Source: a bacterium
GTDB lineage: Bacteria > UBA8248
Direction of reading: 5' to 3'
DNA: 64,000 nt
NCBI GenBank assembly: GCA_965199855.1
Contig: OZ241326.1
Coordinates: 1,792,001-1,856,000 of the forward strand
The position numbers and the translations under genes were made by a program. How positions within the stretch are numbered: position 1 is the stretch's first letter; the number at the start of each line of letters is the position of its first letter. The notes under the pieces are model-generated. The model worked only from the letters and a program-made list of their open reading frames with translations, was not told the origin of the DNA and did not search any database. Positions 17,708 to 27,065 of this stretch are shown in pieces.

Positions 17708-19779
17708 TCTTTCCAGAAGCTCAGCCCCTCGCTCTTCGCCCACCCGATGAACCCCTCGGCGATGCCGTCCGGCAGTTCGCCGTCGTGGTTGTGCAGGTCG
17801 TGCTCGACGATGAGGTGCCCGTTCCTGTCGAGCTTCTCCCGTCCGCTCCCGTCCTTCAGGTGGACGTAGTCGCCCGAGTTGTTCTTGCCGCCTTTTCGGG
17901 ACACGGCGAAGAATACGGGGTAGTTCTCCCTTTTCGGGCAGAGCGGGCCCGCCTTCGGGTCTTCGTTCCACTTCTGGGCGAACAGCACGCTCGTCTTCGT
18001 CCCCGTGTGGGGCTTGAAGGTGTTGCCGTGCAGACCCACGACGGCGAGGACGCGGGCGCGCCCGGCGATGAAGTCCCGCACCCGCTGGTCGGAGGTGTTG
18101 TTGAAGCGGCCCTGCGGCAGGACGATGGCCATGCGTCCGCCGGGCCTGAGGAAATCCAGGTTTCTCTCGATGAAGAGGATGTCCCGCCCGACCTTGTTCT
18201 GCCACCTGCCGCCTTCCTTCCGCCCGAGTTCGTATTGGTGGAGGATGCGGGCTTCCTTGATGTCGCCGGCGAAGGGCGGGTTCGCCATGAGGATGTCGAA
18301 GTCGAACCGCTTGTTGTCGTCCCGCGCGGCTCTCCGCTTCTCCAGCCTCCCGAATCCCTTGCCGTAGGTTCTGTTCCATCTCGGGTCCCGCTCGGTTCGC
18401 TCCGGCCAGCGCTCGTAATCCAGCGCGTTCAGGTGGAGGACGTTGGTCTCGCCGTCGCCGGCGATGAGGTTGAGCGTTCTGGCGACGCGGACGGCCTTCT
18501 CGTCGAAGTCGATGCCGAAGACCCGGAGCGCGTCCTCCCTGTGCCGGTCGGGAATGGCCGCGTTGGTGAACAGGCTGCCCGTGACCTTGAAGATGGTGTG
18601 CACCGGAAAGCCGCAGCTGCCCGATGCCGTGTCTATCATGTATTCGCCGCTTCGGGGGTTGAGCGCCTTCACGCACATGTCGATGACGTGGCGGGGGGTA
18701 AAATACTGCCCCTTCTGGCCCTTGGCGGACTGGCTGACCAGATGCTCGAAAGCCTCGTCCACGACGAGGAGGTTCGAGTTGAACAGCTTGACGTCCTGCA
18801 GCCTCGAGGCGCAGACTGCCAGGTGGCTGTCGGTGAGCTCGAACGCCGCCCCTTCGGGGAACACGCCCGGCCACTGCTCGATCGCCTTCCCGAAAAGCGC
18901 CTGGATTCTGGCCTTGAGCTCCGCGTCCCGCTGGCCGGCTCTCAGCCGGAATTCCATGGGGCGAAAGTTCCCGTCGTCGATTCCGGCGAGGCACTCCTTG
19001 ACTTTCCCGTAGTCGCCGCGCGCCGCCTCCGGCAGGTTCTGGTCGAGGTGAAATTCCATATTCGTCTTGTCCGCCCGGCTCTCGAACTCGTCATACAGCT
19101 TGGTGAACACGAGCTTGAACACCTCCTCGAAGGCGTCCACGCCCGCGTTCGCCAGAACGTCGTCCTCCATTTCGAGGATGAGATCCTTGAGGGATTTTCT
19201 CTCCTCCACGAGCTTGTCGCGGAGGGTGAGGGTTTTGAGCGTGAAGCGTCCGCCCAGGACGTCCGCGAGCGTCTGGTTCGCCTTCGGAATCTCCGTGATG
19301 TCCTCGAAGTGGTTCGGATCCTTGCGGTGGTATCGGGAAATCTGGCCGCCGTTCGTCCACACGGCCATCGGCGCGCCGGTGGCGTGGCAGTAGGAGCGCA
19401 GCTGCTCCTTCCCGTCCCGCAGCTTCGGCTTCTTCACCTCGACGACGATGTAGGCCGCCTCGGGGTCGTCCTTGTGGAAAACCACGATGTCGGCCTTCTT
19501 CGTCTCCCGACCGAAGCTGACGGGATGCTCGAAGGCGAGGCGCGCCCGGGGGTAGCCGTAGCGCGCCATCAGCCGCGCCGCGTAGAGCTGGCGGACGATT
19601 TCCTCCGGCCGGAGCTGAACCTCCTTTTGACGGACGACGCAGGGGACGAAGGGCGTCTCCCCGCCCTTGATCGTCTTGAAGCGGATTCGTCCGTTGAGGG
19701 CCTCGATCTCCTCCTCCGAGAACTGGTCGAGGCGATGGTCGCTGTCTCTCAGAATCGTCCGAATGGCGTCCGTCGTCAT
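17704..19779 (-). CDS. Fused HsdR-N-type endonuclease / N6-adenine DNA methyltransferase (RM subunit)
   Basis: PEEIVRQ, ADIVVF..VEVKK PD-(D/E)XK nuclease; GQYFTPRHV, DTASGSCGF, NPPF MTase motifs; ATG 19779 with GGAGG RBS. Confidence 0.92.
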   Translation of the reverse strand: MTTDAIRTILRDSDHRLDQFSEEEIEALNGRIRFKTIKGGETPFVPCVVRQKEVQLRPEEIVRQLYAARLMARYGYPRARLAFEHPVSFGRETKKADIVVFHKDDPEAAYIVVEVKKPKLRDGKEQLRSYCHATGAPMAVWTNGGQISRYHRKDPNHFEDITEIPKANQTLADVLGGRFTLKTLTLRDKLVEERKSLKDLILEMEDDVLANAGVDAFEEVFKLVFTKLYDEFESRADKTNMEFHLDQNLPEAARGDYGKVKECLAGIDDGNFRPMEFRLRAGQRDAELKARIQALFGKAIEQWPGVFPEGAAFELTDSHLAVCASRLQDVKLFNSNLLVVDEAFEHLVSQSAKGQKGQYFTPRHVIDMCVKALNPRSGEYMIDTASGSCGFPVHTIFKVTGSLFTNAAIPDRHREDALRVFGIDFDEKAVRVARTLNLIAGDGETNVLHLNALDYERWPERTERDPRWNRTYGKGFGRLEKRRAARDDNKRFDFDILMANPPFAGDIKEARILHQYELGRKEGGRWQNKVGRDILFIERNLDFLRPGGRMAIVLPQGRFNNTSDQRVRDFIAGRARVLAVVGLHGNTFKPHTGTKTSVLFAQKWNEDPKAGPLCPKRENYPVFFAVSRKGGKNNSGDYVHLKDGSGREKLDRNGHLIVEHDLHNHDGELPDGIAEGFIGWAKSEGLSFWKE

Positions 19780-19795
19780 GCTTCCTCCGTTCGCT

Positions 19796-19977
19796 GTGGA
19801 CGCGCCGCCGCGCCTGTCCCGCCTGAAATGGACAACCACAGGGGGTTGTCCCTACGAATCCCGTATCTCTCCGTTGCCCCCGCAAAACAAAATCCCGCCC
19901 ACGGGTGATTGTCCCTGGGGTTTCATGCTTCGCCGCCTTTGTCTTCCCGCAGGGGCGGTTCGGGAACCGCCCGACCC
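19796..19977. repeat. REP cluster at right edge
   Basis: GTAGGGACAACCCCCTGTGGTTGTCC (19855-19830, -), GCAGGGGCGGTTCGGGAACCGCCCGACCC (19949,+); intervening DNA resembles 17558-17615. Confidence 0.85.
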
Positions 19978-19992
19978 GCGCCGCCGGGCGCG

Positions 19993-21345
19993 TCACCCCC
20001 CGACGCGCGAGACGGCGCGCCCCCGGCCCGCCTCGCCGGTCACCTCGCCGTCCTCCATCACGACCTCGCCGCGCGAGATGGTCATCACGGGGGCGCCCTG
20101 CACCTTCCAGCCGTCGAAGGGCGTCCATCCGCACTTGGAGACCACGTCGGCGTCGCGCAGGGTCTCCTCCCTGTCCATGTCCACGAGCATGAAGTCCGCG
20201 TCCGCCCCCGGCCGTATGCTCCCCTTGCGGGGGTAGAGGTTGAACACGCGCGCGGGCCGCTCGCAGCAGACGCTCACCACCTGGCCGAGGGTGAGCAGCC
20301 CCTCGTTCACGGCGTTCAGCATGAGGCGCGTCGTCGTCTCCACGCCCGGGATGCCGAAGGGCGCCTCGTGGATGTTCTCGACGCCGTCCTCCTTGCGGCC
20401 GCGCGGGAAGGGGCAGTGGTCCGTCCCGATGGTATCGACCATGCCGCGCCCGAGCGCCTCGCGCATTCCCTCGCGCGTCTCGGGCGAGCGAATCACCGGC
20501 GTGAACTTGACGAACGGCCCCAGCTCCTCGAGGTGCGAATGGTCGAGGTAGAAATACTGGGGGCAGCTCTCGGCGTAGATGTCCGCCCCGCGCCCGCGCG
20601 CCGCCCGGATGGCCTCAAGCAAAGCGGGCTGGCTCACGTGCGCCACGAGCACCCGGCAGCCGGTGAGCTCGGCCAGGGCCACGGCGTCCAGCGTCGCCAC
20701 GTATTCGCTTTCGGGGTTTCGCCACGCGCTGATGCACATGTAGTCCGTCCGCCCCTCGGCGTCGACGCGCTCCTTCGCCTTCTTGAGGATGGAGTCGCTC
20801 TCGCAGTGGAGCATCACCGTCGCGCCGAAGGAGGCCGCCTCGCGCATGACGCTCAGCAGGACGCCCTCGGAGAGGTCGGGCACGCCGTGCAGCTCGCACA
20901 TGAACCCCTTGAAGCCCAGCGCGCCGCCCTCCCACATGGGGCGCAGGTGCTCGAGGTTGTCCACGTCGAGCCCGCCCAGCTGGCCGAAGTCCACCACCGC
21001 GCGCGAGGCGACGTAGGCGGTCTTCTCCTCCAGAATCTCGCGGGTATAGACGAGCGGCTCGCTCCGGTGGTGGTCGATCACGGTGGTCACGCCGCCGCGC
21101 GCCGCCGCGCGGGTGCCCGTCGTCCAGTCCTCCCGGTCGGTGAAGCCCGGATCCATCATGTGGACGTGCTCATCGACCATGCCGGGCAGGAGAAAGCGCC
21201 CCTCCGCGTCTATCTCGCGCCCGGCGCCCGCCCCCGCCTTTTCCGCGACGGCGGCGATTCGCCCCTCCTCGACGTAGACGCAGCCCTCATAGACGCCTTC
21301 GGGCGCGGCTATCCGCGCGTTTTTGATCAGTAGATCGGCGCTCAT
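19993..21345 (-). CDS. Dihydroorotase/allantoinase family cyclic amidohydrolase
   Basis: PGMVDEHVH, GGVTT, LHCE, AHVS, GTDHCP, PGVET, GADAD motifs. Confidence 0.9.
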   Translation of the reverse strand: MSADLLIKNARIAAPEGVYEGCVYVEEGRIAAVAEKAGAGAGREIDAEGRFLLPGMVDEHVHMMDPGFTDREDWTTGTRAAARGGVTTVIDHHRSEPLVYTREILEEKTAYVASRAVVDFGQLGGLDVDNLEHLRPMWEGGALGFKGFMCELHGVPDLSEGVLLSVMREAASFGATVMLHCESDSILKKAKERVDAEGRTDYMCISAWRNPESEYVATLDAVALAELTGCRVLVAHVSQPALLEAIRAARGRGADIYAESCPQYFYLDHSHLEELGPFVKFTPVIRSPETREGMREALGRGMVDTIGTDHCPFPRGRKEDGVENIHEAPFGIPGVETTTRLMLNAVNEGLLTLGQVVSVCCERPARVFNLYPRKGSIRPGADADFMLVDMDREETLRDADVVSKCGWTPFDGWKVQGAPVMTISRGEVVMEDGEVTGEAGRGRAVSRVGG

Positions 21346-21487
21346 CCGGTCGCTCCTTTCCTGTGTGCGGCGCGTTGTTGGAATGTCGGCTGGCCTGATG
21401 CCGGCGCGCATTATGGCGCATTCAAAAGACGGGCGGAAGAAGCGGGGCGGGCGAGGGCGGGCGCGGCGCCTTCCCGCGCGTCTCTCG

Positions 21488-22402
21488 CTATTTCCGGTCC
21501 GCCGCCTTCGGGGCGAGGCCGAGTTCGCGCCGCTTCCGGATGACGCCCGAGAGGCGATACCAGGTTGCGCGGCCGGGGTCGATTCCCGCCCCGCGCTCGA
21601 TGAGGCGGGAGGCGTAGTCGAGCTCCCGGTTCAGATAGACGAGCAGGGAGGCGAGGTTCAGCAAAACGCCGGCGTCGTCCGGCGAGGCTTCCGCCGCCGC
21701 CCTGAGCAGCGCCTCCGCCTCCTCGTAGCGATATTGCGACACGAGGTATCTGGCGTATTTGTTGGCGACGACAGGGCTTCGGGGGGCGAGGGCGCGGGCC
21801 TTCCGATAGGCGGCGTCCGCCTCCTCGCGCTCGCCCGCCGCGTCCGTCATCCTCGCCAGGGCGAGCCAGGCGTCCAGGTTGTCGGGGTTGAGCGCGAGTT
21901 CGCGCCGCAGAAGCGCGAGGGCGGGCGCGTCCTTCTTCCGCTCCATGAGACGCAGGGCGCGCTCGTAAAGCGCCCGCGTGGTTCGCTGGAGGATCGAAAA
22001 CCCCTCCCGGGATTCGATGATTTTCGACGTCTTCCCCAGCTTCAGGCCCCTCACCTCGGCGCGGACGGCGGGGCTGAGCTCCTCGAGCGCGGCGCTTCGG
22101 ACGGCGCCCGCCTTTTTCCGGAATTCCTCCGCCGCCTTGTGGAAGGGAACGCCGAGAATCGAGACCTTGTCGAAAGCCTCCTCCGCCGTCTCGTAGGAGG
22201 GAAGCGTGAGGACGCGGAAGAAATCCTTGTCTCCCGTCTTGCGCCCGGCCGCCGGTTTTTCGGGAGCGGCGCCGGGCGTTTTCCGGCCGGGAGCGCGGGG
22301 AGGGACGCCCGCGCAGCCGGCGGCCAGGAGCAGCGCCGCCAGAAGGGCGATGATTCTTCCGGCGCGCCCGCGCGTCCGGCCGCTCCCGATTGCCCGAAAC
22401 AT
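21488..22402 (-). CDS. Lipoprotein with PpiC-like domain and TPR repeats
   Basis: Lipobox LAAGC, parvulin-like SKIIESREGFSILQ, TPR helices (NPDNLDAWLALA); start uncertain. Confidence 0.65.
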   Translation of the reverse strand: MFRAIGSGRTRGRAGRIIALLAALLLAAGCAGVPPRAPGRKTPGAAPEKPAAGRKTGDKDFFRVLTLPSYETAEEAFDKVSILGVPFHKAAEEFRKKAGAVRSAALEELSPAVRAEVRGLKLGKTSKIIESREGFSILQRTTRALYERALRLMERKKDAPALALLRRELALNPDNLDAWLALARMTDAAGEREEADAAYRKARALAPRSPVVANKYARYLVSQYRYEEAEALLRAAAEASPDDAGVLLNLASLLVYLNRELDYASRLIERGAGIDPGRATWYRLSGVIRKRRELGLAPKAADRK

Positions 22403-22413
22403 TTCGCGCGGAT

Positions 22414-23103
22414 TCAGAAGTCGCATCGGGCCAGAAAATCCCGCGTTCGAGGGGCGCGCGGCGCGTTCGAGAGGCGGGTCTTCAGCGCCTTCAAGTCCTC
22501 CGCCTCGTCGGCGTCCCGCCACTTGGGCAGGAGGGCGGCGTCGAGCCTGAGGGCGCGCGCGCGCGCCATCGTGCGCGAGAAGACCTCGCTCGAACTCCAG
22601 GGGATATTCTCGAAAATTTCGGGGAAAAACCGGTTCATGCCGACGAGGTAGTAGCCCCCGTCCGCGGCGGGCCCCAGGGCGAGCCTCGGCTCATCCCCGC
22701 TATCGAGGCCTTGAAGCGCCTCGGCCAGAATTTCGGGCGGAAGATCCGGAAAATCCGTGCCGATGAGAACCGCCCGCCCCCCGCCGGCGAGGCATCGCCC
22801 CAGCGCCGCCGCCATCCGCTCGCCCAGGTTCGCGCCCGTCTGCGCGCGGTGGAGGAAGGGGCCGGGCATCCATTCGGAGAGCGGGAAATCGTCGAGGGCT
22901 TCGCCCCGCTCCAGCGCCCACTCGCAGACGAGGCTGGCGTCCGGCCGCGCGCCGCGCAGGGCGCGGGCGGCGCCCGCGGCGTCCTGCAGAAAGCGCTCGT
23001 AAAGGCGCGCGGCGCCCTCGCCGCCCAGCGCGGGGGCGAGCCTCGTTTTCGCCCGTCCGGGGAGGGGGGGCCTTGCGAACAGAACGAGCGATTCCGCCGC
23101 CAT
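22414..23103 (-). CDS. DUF2064 / TIGR04282-type glycosyltransferase-like protein
   Basis: FARPPLPGRAKTRL, NLGERM, IGTDFP, LGPAADGGYYLVG. Confidence 0.9.
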   Translation of the reverse strand: MAAESLVLFARPPLPGRAKTRLAPALGGEGAARLYERFLQDAAGAARALRGARPDASLVCEWALERGEALDDFPLSEWMPGPFLHRAQTGANLGERMAAALGRCLAGGGRAVLIGTDFPDLPPEILAEALQGLDSGDEPRLALGPAADGGYYLVGMNRFFPEIFENIPWSSSEVFSRTMARARALRLDAALLPKWRDADEAEDLKALKTRLSNAPRAPRTRDFLARCDF

Positions 23104-23208
23104 CTTCGTCCTTTCAGAGGGGCTGTGGAGGAAGCGTCCGCCGCCTGTTAGAATCATACCCCTAGTTTGCCCGTCATTTCGCGTCCCGCGCAGAAAAAGG
23201 ACACCGAC

Positions 23209-23652
23209 ATGGAATTCAATCAGGAGATCGTGGTCGCGGCGCCCCGGGAGAAGGTGTGGGACTTCATCTGGCGGGTCGAGGAGTTCGCCGGCTGCGTGCC
23301 GGGCGTGAAGAGCGTGGAGAAGCTCGACGAGACGACCTACGGCGTGAGGGTGGAGCAGAAGGTGAGCTTCCTCAAGGCGAGTTTTCAGCTTCGGGTCGAA
23401 ATCGAGGAGGCGCGCGCCCCCGAATACATCCGCGCCTCGGGGGAGGGGAAGGACTCGAAAATCGCGGCGAGCCTGAAGCAGAAAAACGAGGTGACGCTGG
23501 AGGCTCTCTCGGAGAGCGAAACCCGGGTGAGGATCGACTCCAGCGTGGACGTGTTCGGAAAGCTCGGCTCGCTCGGCTTCAGCGTCATCAAGAACCAGGC
23601 GAACAGGATTTTCGCCGAGTTCGCCAAAAACGTGAAAGAGAAGGTGGAGTGA
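23209..23652 (+). CDS. CoxG / SRPBCC family protein
   Basis: APREKVWDF..CVPG, VFGKLGSLG pattern. Confidence 0.85.
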   Translation: MEFNQEIVVAAPREKVWDFIWRVEEFAGCVPGVKSVEKLDETTYGVRVEQKVSFLKASFQLRVEIEEARAPEYIRASGEGKDSKIAASLKQKNEVTLEALSESETRVRIDSSVDVFGKLGSLGFSVIKNQANRIFAEFAKNVKEKVE

Positions 23653-23725
23653 GGGCGAAAGCGCCTTCCCCGCGATTGACGCGGGCCTCGCCCGGGATGA
23701 AGCGCGCAAGCAGCGCGCCGTAGCG

Positions 23726-24661
23726 ATGAAGGCGAGCGCGCGCCGGGAAGCGCGCGCGCGCAACGTCGCCTTCCGAATCATGGCGGGCAACGTTGAGCTT
23801 TGCGGCGACAAGGTTCAGAAAACGACCGGGTTCCTCTCCACTACGCTCGAGCAATACAGCGGGCGGGTGCGGGAGTGGCGGGAAACCGCCCGCGAGGTTC
23901 TTGGAGTCGGCGAACGGCCCACGGTCGTTCACGTTGCGGAAGGCTCGCCCGCTCACCTGGCCGGCCTGAAGGCCGGCGACGAATTGCTGCGCCTGAACGG
24001 GCAGGCTCTCGGGACGGGCAAGGCGTCGGGGAGAAAAGTCAGCGAGATTTTCGGCAATTCCGAATCCGAGGACTTCACGCTCACGATAGAGCGGCGGGGT
24101 GAGGCGCGGGAGCTCGCCCTCAGGCGCGCCGCCGCGTGCGATTATCCCGTGCTCATCGTCAACAGGTATGACGTCAACGCCTGGGCGGACGGCGAGAGAA
24201 TCTACGTCACCGCCGGAATGCTGCGCTTCACCGAGAACGATGAGGAACTCGCGCTCATCATCGGGCACGAGCTGGCGCACAACACGCGGGGCCACGTCGC
24301 GTCAAAGAAGGGCAACGCGCTCCTGGGGGCCATATTGGGAGCGGCTGCCGCCGTCCTGTCGGGCGTGGACGTGACGAGCCTCGGAGCGCAGACGGGGGGG
24401 CTGGCGTATTCCCAGGATTTCGAGGCGGAGGCGGACTACGTCGGCGTGTATCACGCCGGGCGCGCCGGATACGACGTCCGCAAGGCGGCGTCCTTCTTGC
24501 GGCGGCTCGGCGCGCTGCGCCCGGCGGCGATACGTCTCGCGGGAAGCGCGCATCCCTCCACGGCGAAGCGCTTCCTGGCAGTGGAGCGCGCCGTTGCGGA
24601 ATTCGAGAGGAAGCGAAAGAGCGGCCTGCCCCTTCTTCCCGATGAGCGCGCGGACAGGTGA
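23726..24661 (+). CDS. PDZ-containing M48 family metalloprotease (possibly N-truncated)
   Basis: GSPAHLAGLKAGD PDZ, VNAWA, GHELAH, YSQDFEAEADY. Confidence 0.85.
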   Translation: MKASARREARARNVAFRIMAGNVELCGDKVQKTTGFLSTTLEQYSGRVREWRETAREVLGVGERPTVVHVAEGSPAHLAGLKAGDELLRLNGQALGTGKASGRKVSEIFGNSESEDFTLTIERRGEARELALRRAAACDYPVLIVNRYDVNAWADGERIYVTAGMLRFTENDEELALIIGHELAHNTRGHVASKKGNALLGAILGAAAAVLSGVDVTSLGAQTGGLAYSQDFEAEADYVGVYHAGRAGYDVRKAASFLRRLGALRPAAIRLAGSAHPSTAKRFLAVERAVAEFERKRKSGLPLLPDERADR

Positions 24662-24694
24662 CGCCCCTTCACGGGGCCCGCGCCCGGGGCTTCC

Positions 24695-25171
24695 TCACGG
24701 ACGCTTGACGATCCACTCCTCCCGGAGTTCGCAGCCGCTCTCCCTGAACAGGGCGGAGATGGGGCAGCGGCCGTGGTGCTGGCGCCTGAGCTCCTCGACG
24801 CGCGCGTCGGTCTCGTCGGTGGTGAGGTGGATTTTCGCCTCCACGAAATCGAAGTTCGGGCTGACGCCGTTGTCCGCGTCCCGCGCGCCCCGGGGGTCGG
24901 CCGTGCCGCGAACCTCCACCTCCTGGGCGATGACGTTGAAGTCCAGCCCCTTGGCCACCTTGGTCGTGATGACGGCGATGCAGGCGGAGAGCGCGCCCAG
25001 GGCGAGCTCGCGCGGGGTGGGGCCCATGTCGCCGCCGCCGGCCTGTTCGGGTTCGTCGGCGCGGAAGGCGTGCTTTCGCGCCTTGATCTCCACCAGACAG
25101 TCGCTCACGCGCCTGGCGCGCACCCGGCGCTCCTGTTTGGCCATGACTTCCTTCTCAGCCGCTTCCGACAT
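24695..25171 (-). CDS. OsmC family protein
   Basis: ADEPEQAGGGDMGPTPRE..LSAC and C-terminal RCPIS. Confidence 0.9.
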   Translation of the reverse strand: MSEAAEKEVMAKQERRVRARRVSDCLVEIKARKHAFRADEPEQAGGGDMGPTPRELALGALSACIAVITTKVAKGLDFNVIAQEVEVRGTADPRGARDADNGVSPNFDFVEAKIHLTTDETDARVEELRRQHHGRCPISALFRESGCELREEWIVKRP

Positions 25172-25228
25172 TGAGGTCTCCTCCCGCGCGTCACAGGGGC
25201 GAACGACGCGCTTCCCGGCGCGTGAACG

Positions 25229-26290
25229 CTAATCGAACACCACCGCCGCCCTTCCGGTCACCCGGTTTTCGATCAGCGCCTGAAAGGCGGCTTCCGTTTC
25301 CTCGAGCGCGAAGGTCTCGGTCACGATCGGCTTGATCTTTCCCTGCTGGATGAGCGCGAGCGACTGCCTGAGCTCCTCCATCGAGCAGTAGCGCGAGCCG
25401 TGAATCTCCTGCGCGTTGTTGAGCAGGCGGAGCGGATCGACGGTGAAGTCGGGCGAGGCGCCGTCGTGGGCGGCCGGCGGGCGATAGCCCACGATGACCA
25501 GCTTGCCCGCGCGGCCCAGGCTGGCGAGGCCCGCCTCGAGCGTCGCGCGCGAGGCCACGTAGTCGATGTAGGCGTCCACCCCCCGCCCGTCGGTCAGGGC
25601 GAGGATTTCCTCGACCGCGTCCGTCTTCTCGGGGTTCAGGGCGGCGAAGGCGCCGAGGGCGGAGACGGTCTCCAGCTTTTTCTCGGAAACGTCGATCCCG
25701 ATGACGTGGCCGCCGCAAATCTGCGCCATCTGAACCGCGTGGATCGCCACGCCGCCGCCCGCCCCCACGATGGCCACCACGTCGCCCGGCCTTATCCGCG
25801 CCTCGGCCACGCAGTTGTGATAGGGCGTGCAGATGGCGTCCGCCGCCACGCAGGCGTCAAGCGAGCTCACGCCGTCGGGAATCCTGCAGAGGTTCACCCC
25901 GGGGACGAGGGCGTATTCGGCGTAGCCCCCGTCCATGACGAGGCCGAAGAAGCCCTGAAAATTCTCGCAGAGCGTCTCGCGCCCGCTGCGGCAGTAGCGG
26001 CAGTTGTGGCAGGTGAGATAGAAGTGGCAGGTCACGTGATCGCCCGGCGCCACGTTCGCGACGTGGGAGCCCGTCTCCACGACCTCGCCCGCGATCTCGT
26101 GCCCCAGAATCCGGGGATATTCGTCCACCAGCCCCGGCGTGTTCCGCATGATGACCAGCGTGAGGCCCACGCCCGTGGCGCGGAGGCGCACCAGCGCGTC
26201 GTTCGGGCCGGGGCGGGGGACGGGCGTCTCCTCCAGCCGGAACGCGCCGCCCAGCTCGTGAAGCCGCATCGCTTTCATCGTGGACGCCAT
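25229..26290 (-). CDS. Zn-dependent alcohol dehydrogenase family protein
   Basis: LGHEIAG, CHNCRYC..C structural Zn, GAGGGV. Confidence 0.9.
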   Translation of the reverse strand: MASTMKAMRLHELGGAFRLEETPVPRPGPNDALVRLRATGVGLTLVIMRNTPGLVDEYPRILGHEIAGEVVETGSHVANVAPGDHVTCHFYLTCHNCRYCRSGRETLCENFQGFFGLVMDGGYAEYALVPGVNLCRIPDGVSSLDACVAADAICTPYHNCVAEARIRPGDVVAIVGAGGGVAIHAVQMAQICGGHVIGIDVSEKKLETVSALGAFAALNPEKTDAVEEILALTDGRGVDAYIDYVASRATLEAGLASLGRAGKLVIVGYRPPAAHDGASPDFTVDPLRLLNNAQEIHGSRYCSMEELRQSLALIQQGKIKPIVTETFALEETEAAFQALIENRVTGRAAVVFD

Positions 26291-26494
26291 GTCTGCTCCC
26301 CCTTCGGTCTCATCGAACGCGGCAGCCGCGAGGGCGAAACGCGCGAAATATAGCGCATAAGGCGATATTACAGAATTTTCCCGCGTCCTGAAAAGCGGCG
26401 CGCCCGCTTCGCGCGCTCGTTTCAGTAGAGATTCCCCGATGTTCCTTCGCTCTCGCGTTCGTCCCGCGTCGTGCTAGAATCGGGCGGGAGGCGC

Positions 26495-26905
26495 ATGACA
26501 AGGAGAGGCGCATTGGTTTTCAGGCTGTTTCTGCTCTTCACGCTGATCCCCCTCGTGGAACTGATGATCCTGATCGACCTGGGAGCCTCCATCGGCCTGG
26601 CGCCGACGCTGGGAATCGTCATTCTCACCGGCGCGCTGGGCGCGTGGGCGGCGCGCGCCCAGGGGTTTTACGTGGTCTCGCGGATCCAGGCGGAAATGCG
26701 GGAGGGAAGGCCGCCCGCCGCCGGGCTGGTCGATGGGGCGATGGTGCTCGCGGGCGGGGTGATGCTCCTCACCCCCGGCCTTCTGACGGACGCCGCGGGC
26801 TTCGCGCTGATGGTTCCCGCCGCGCGGGCCGTGGTTCGGGCATGGCTGATGAGGAAATTCGGGAAGATGATCGAAGAGGGGAGGATGCGCGTCTATCGGG
26901 GCTAG
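26495..26905 (+). CDS. fxsA: FxsA family membrane protein
   Basis: PLVEL..IG, LLTPGLLTD motif. Confidence 0.9.
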   Translation: MTRRGALVFRLFLLFTLIPLVELMILIDLGASIGLAPTLGIVILTGALGAWAARAQGFYVVSRIQAEMREGRPPAAGLVDGAMVLAGGVMLLTPGLLTDAAGFALMVPAARAVVRAWLMRKFGKMIEEGRMRVYRG

Positions 26906-27065
26906 AGCGGAGACGGCCGGCCCCATCGCCGCGAGAACGCGCGCTCTCGAAGGACGGGCCTTCGCGGGCGAGGGATATTCCAGAATGAGCCTTAATGAAG
27001 ACGAGTTAACGTATTGATAAATAATAGTATTTTTTATTGAAATTGTCGGGTATTTTGCTTTTCAT

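Larger units (their letters stand above)
13949..19977. mobile_element. Putative REP/RAYT-associated RM island
   Basis: RAYT gene, dense GTAG/GCAG REP hairpins, 29-bp direct repeat near the edges (14013-14041 / 19949-19977), low-GC cargo gene, duplicated MTase 3' end. Confidence 0.65.
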
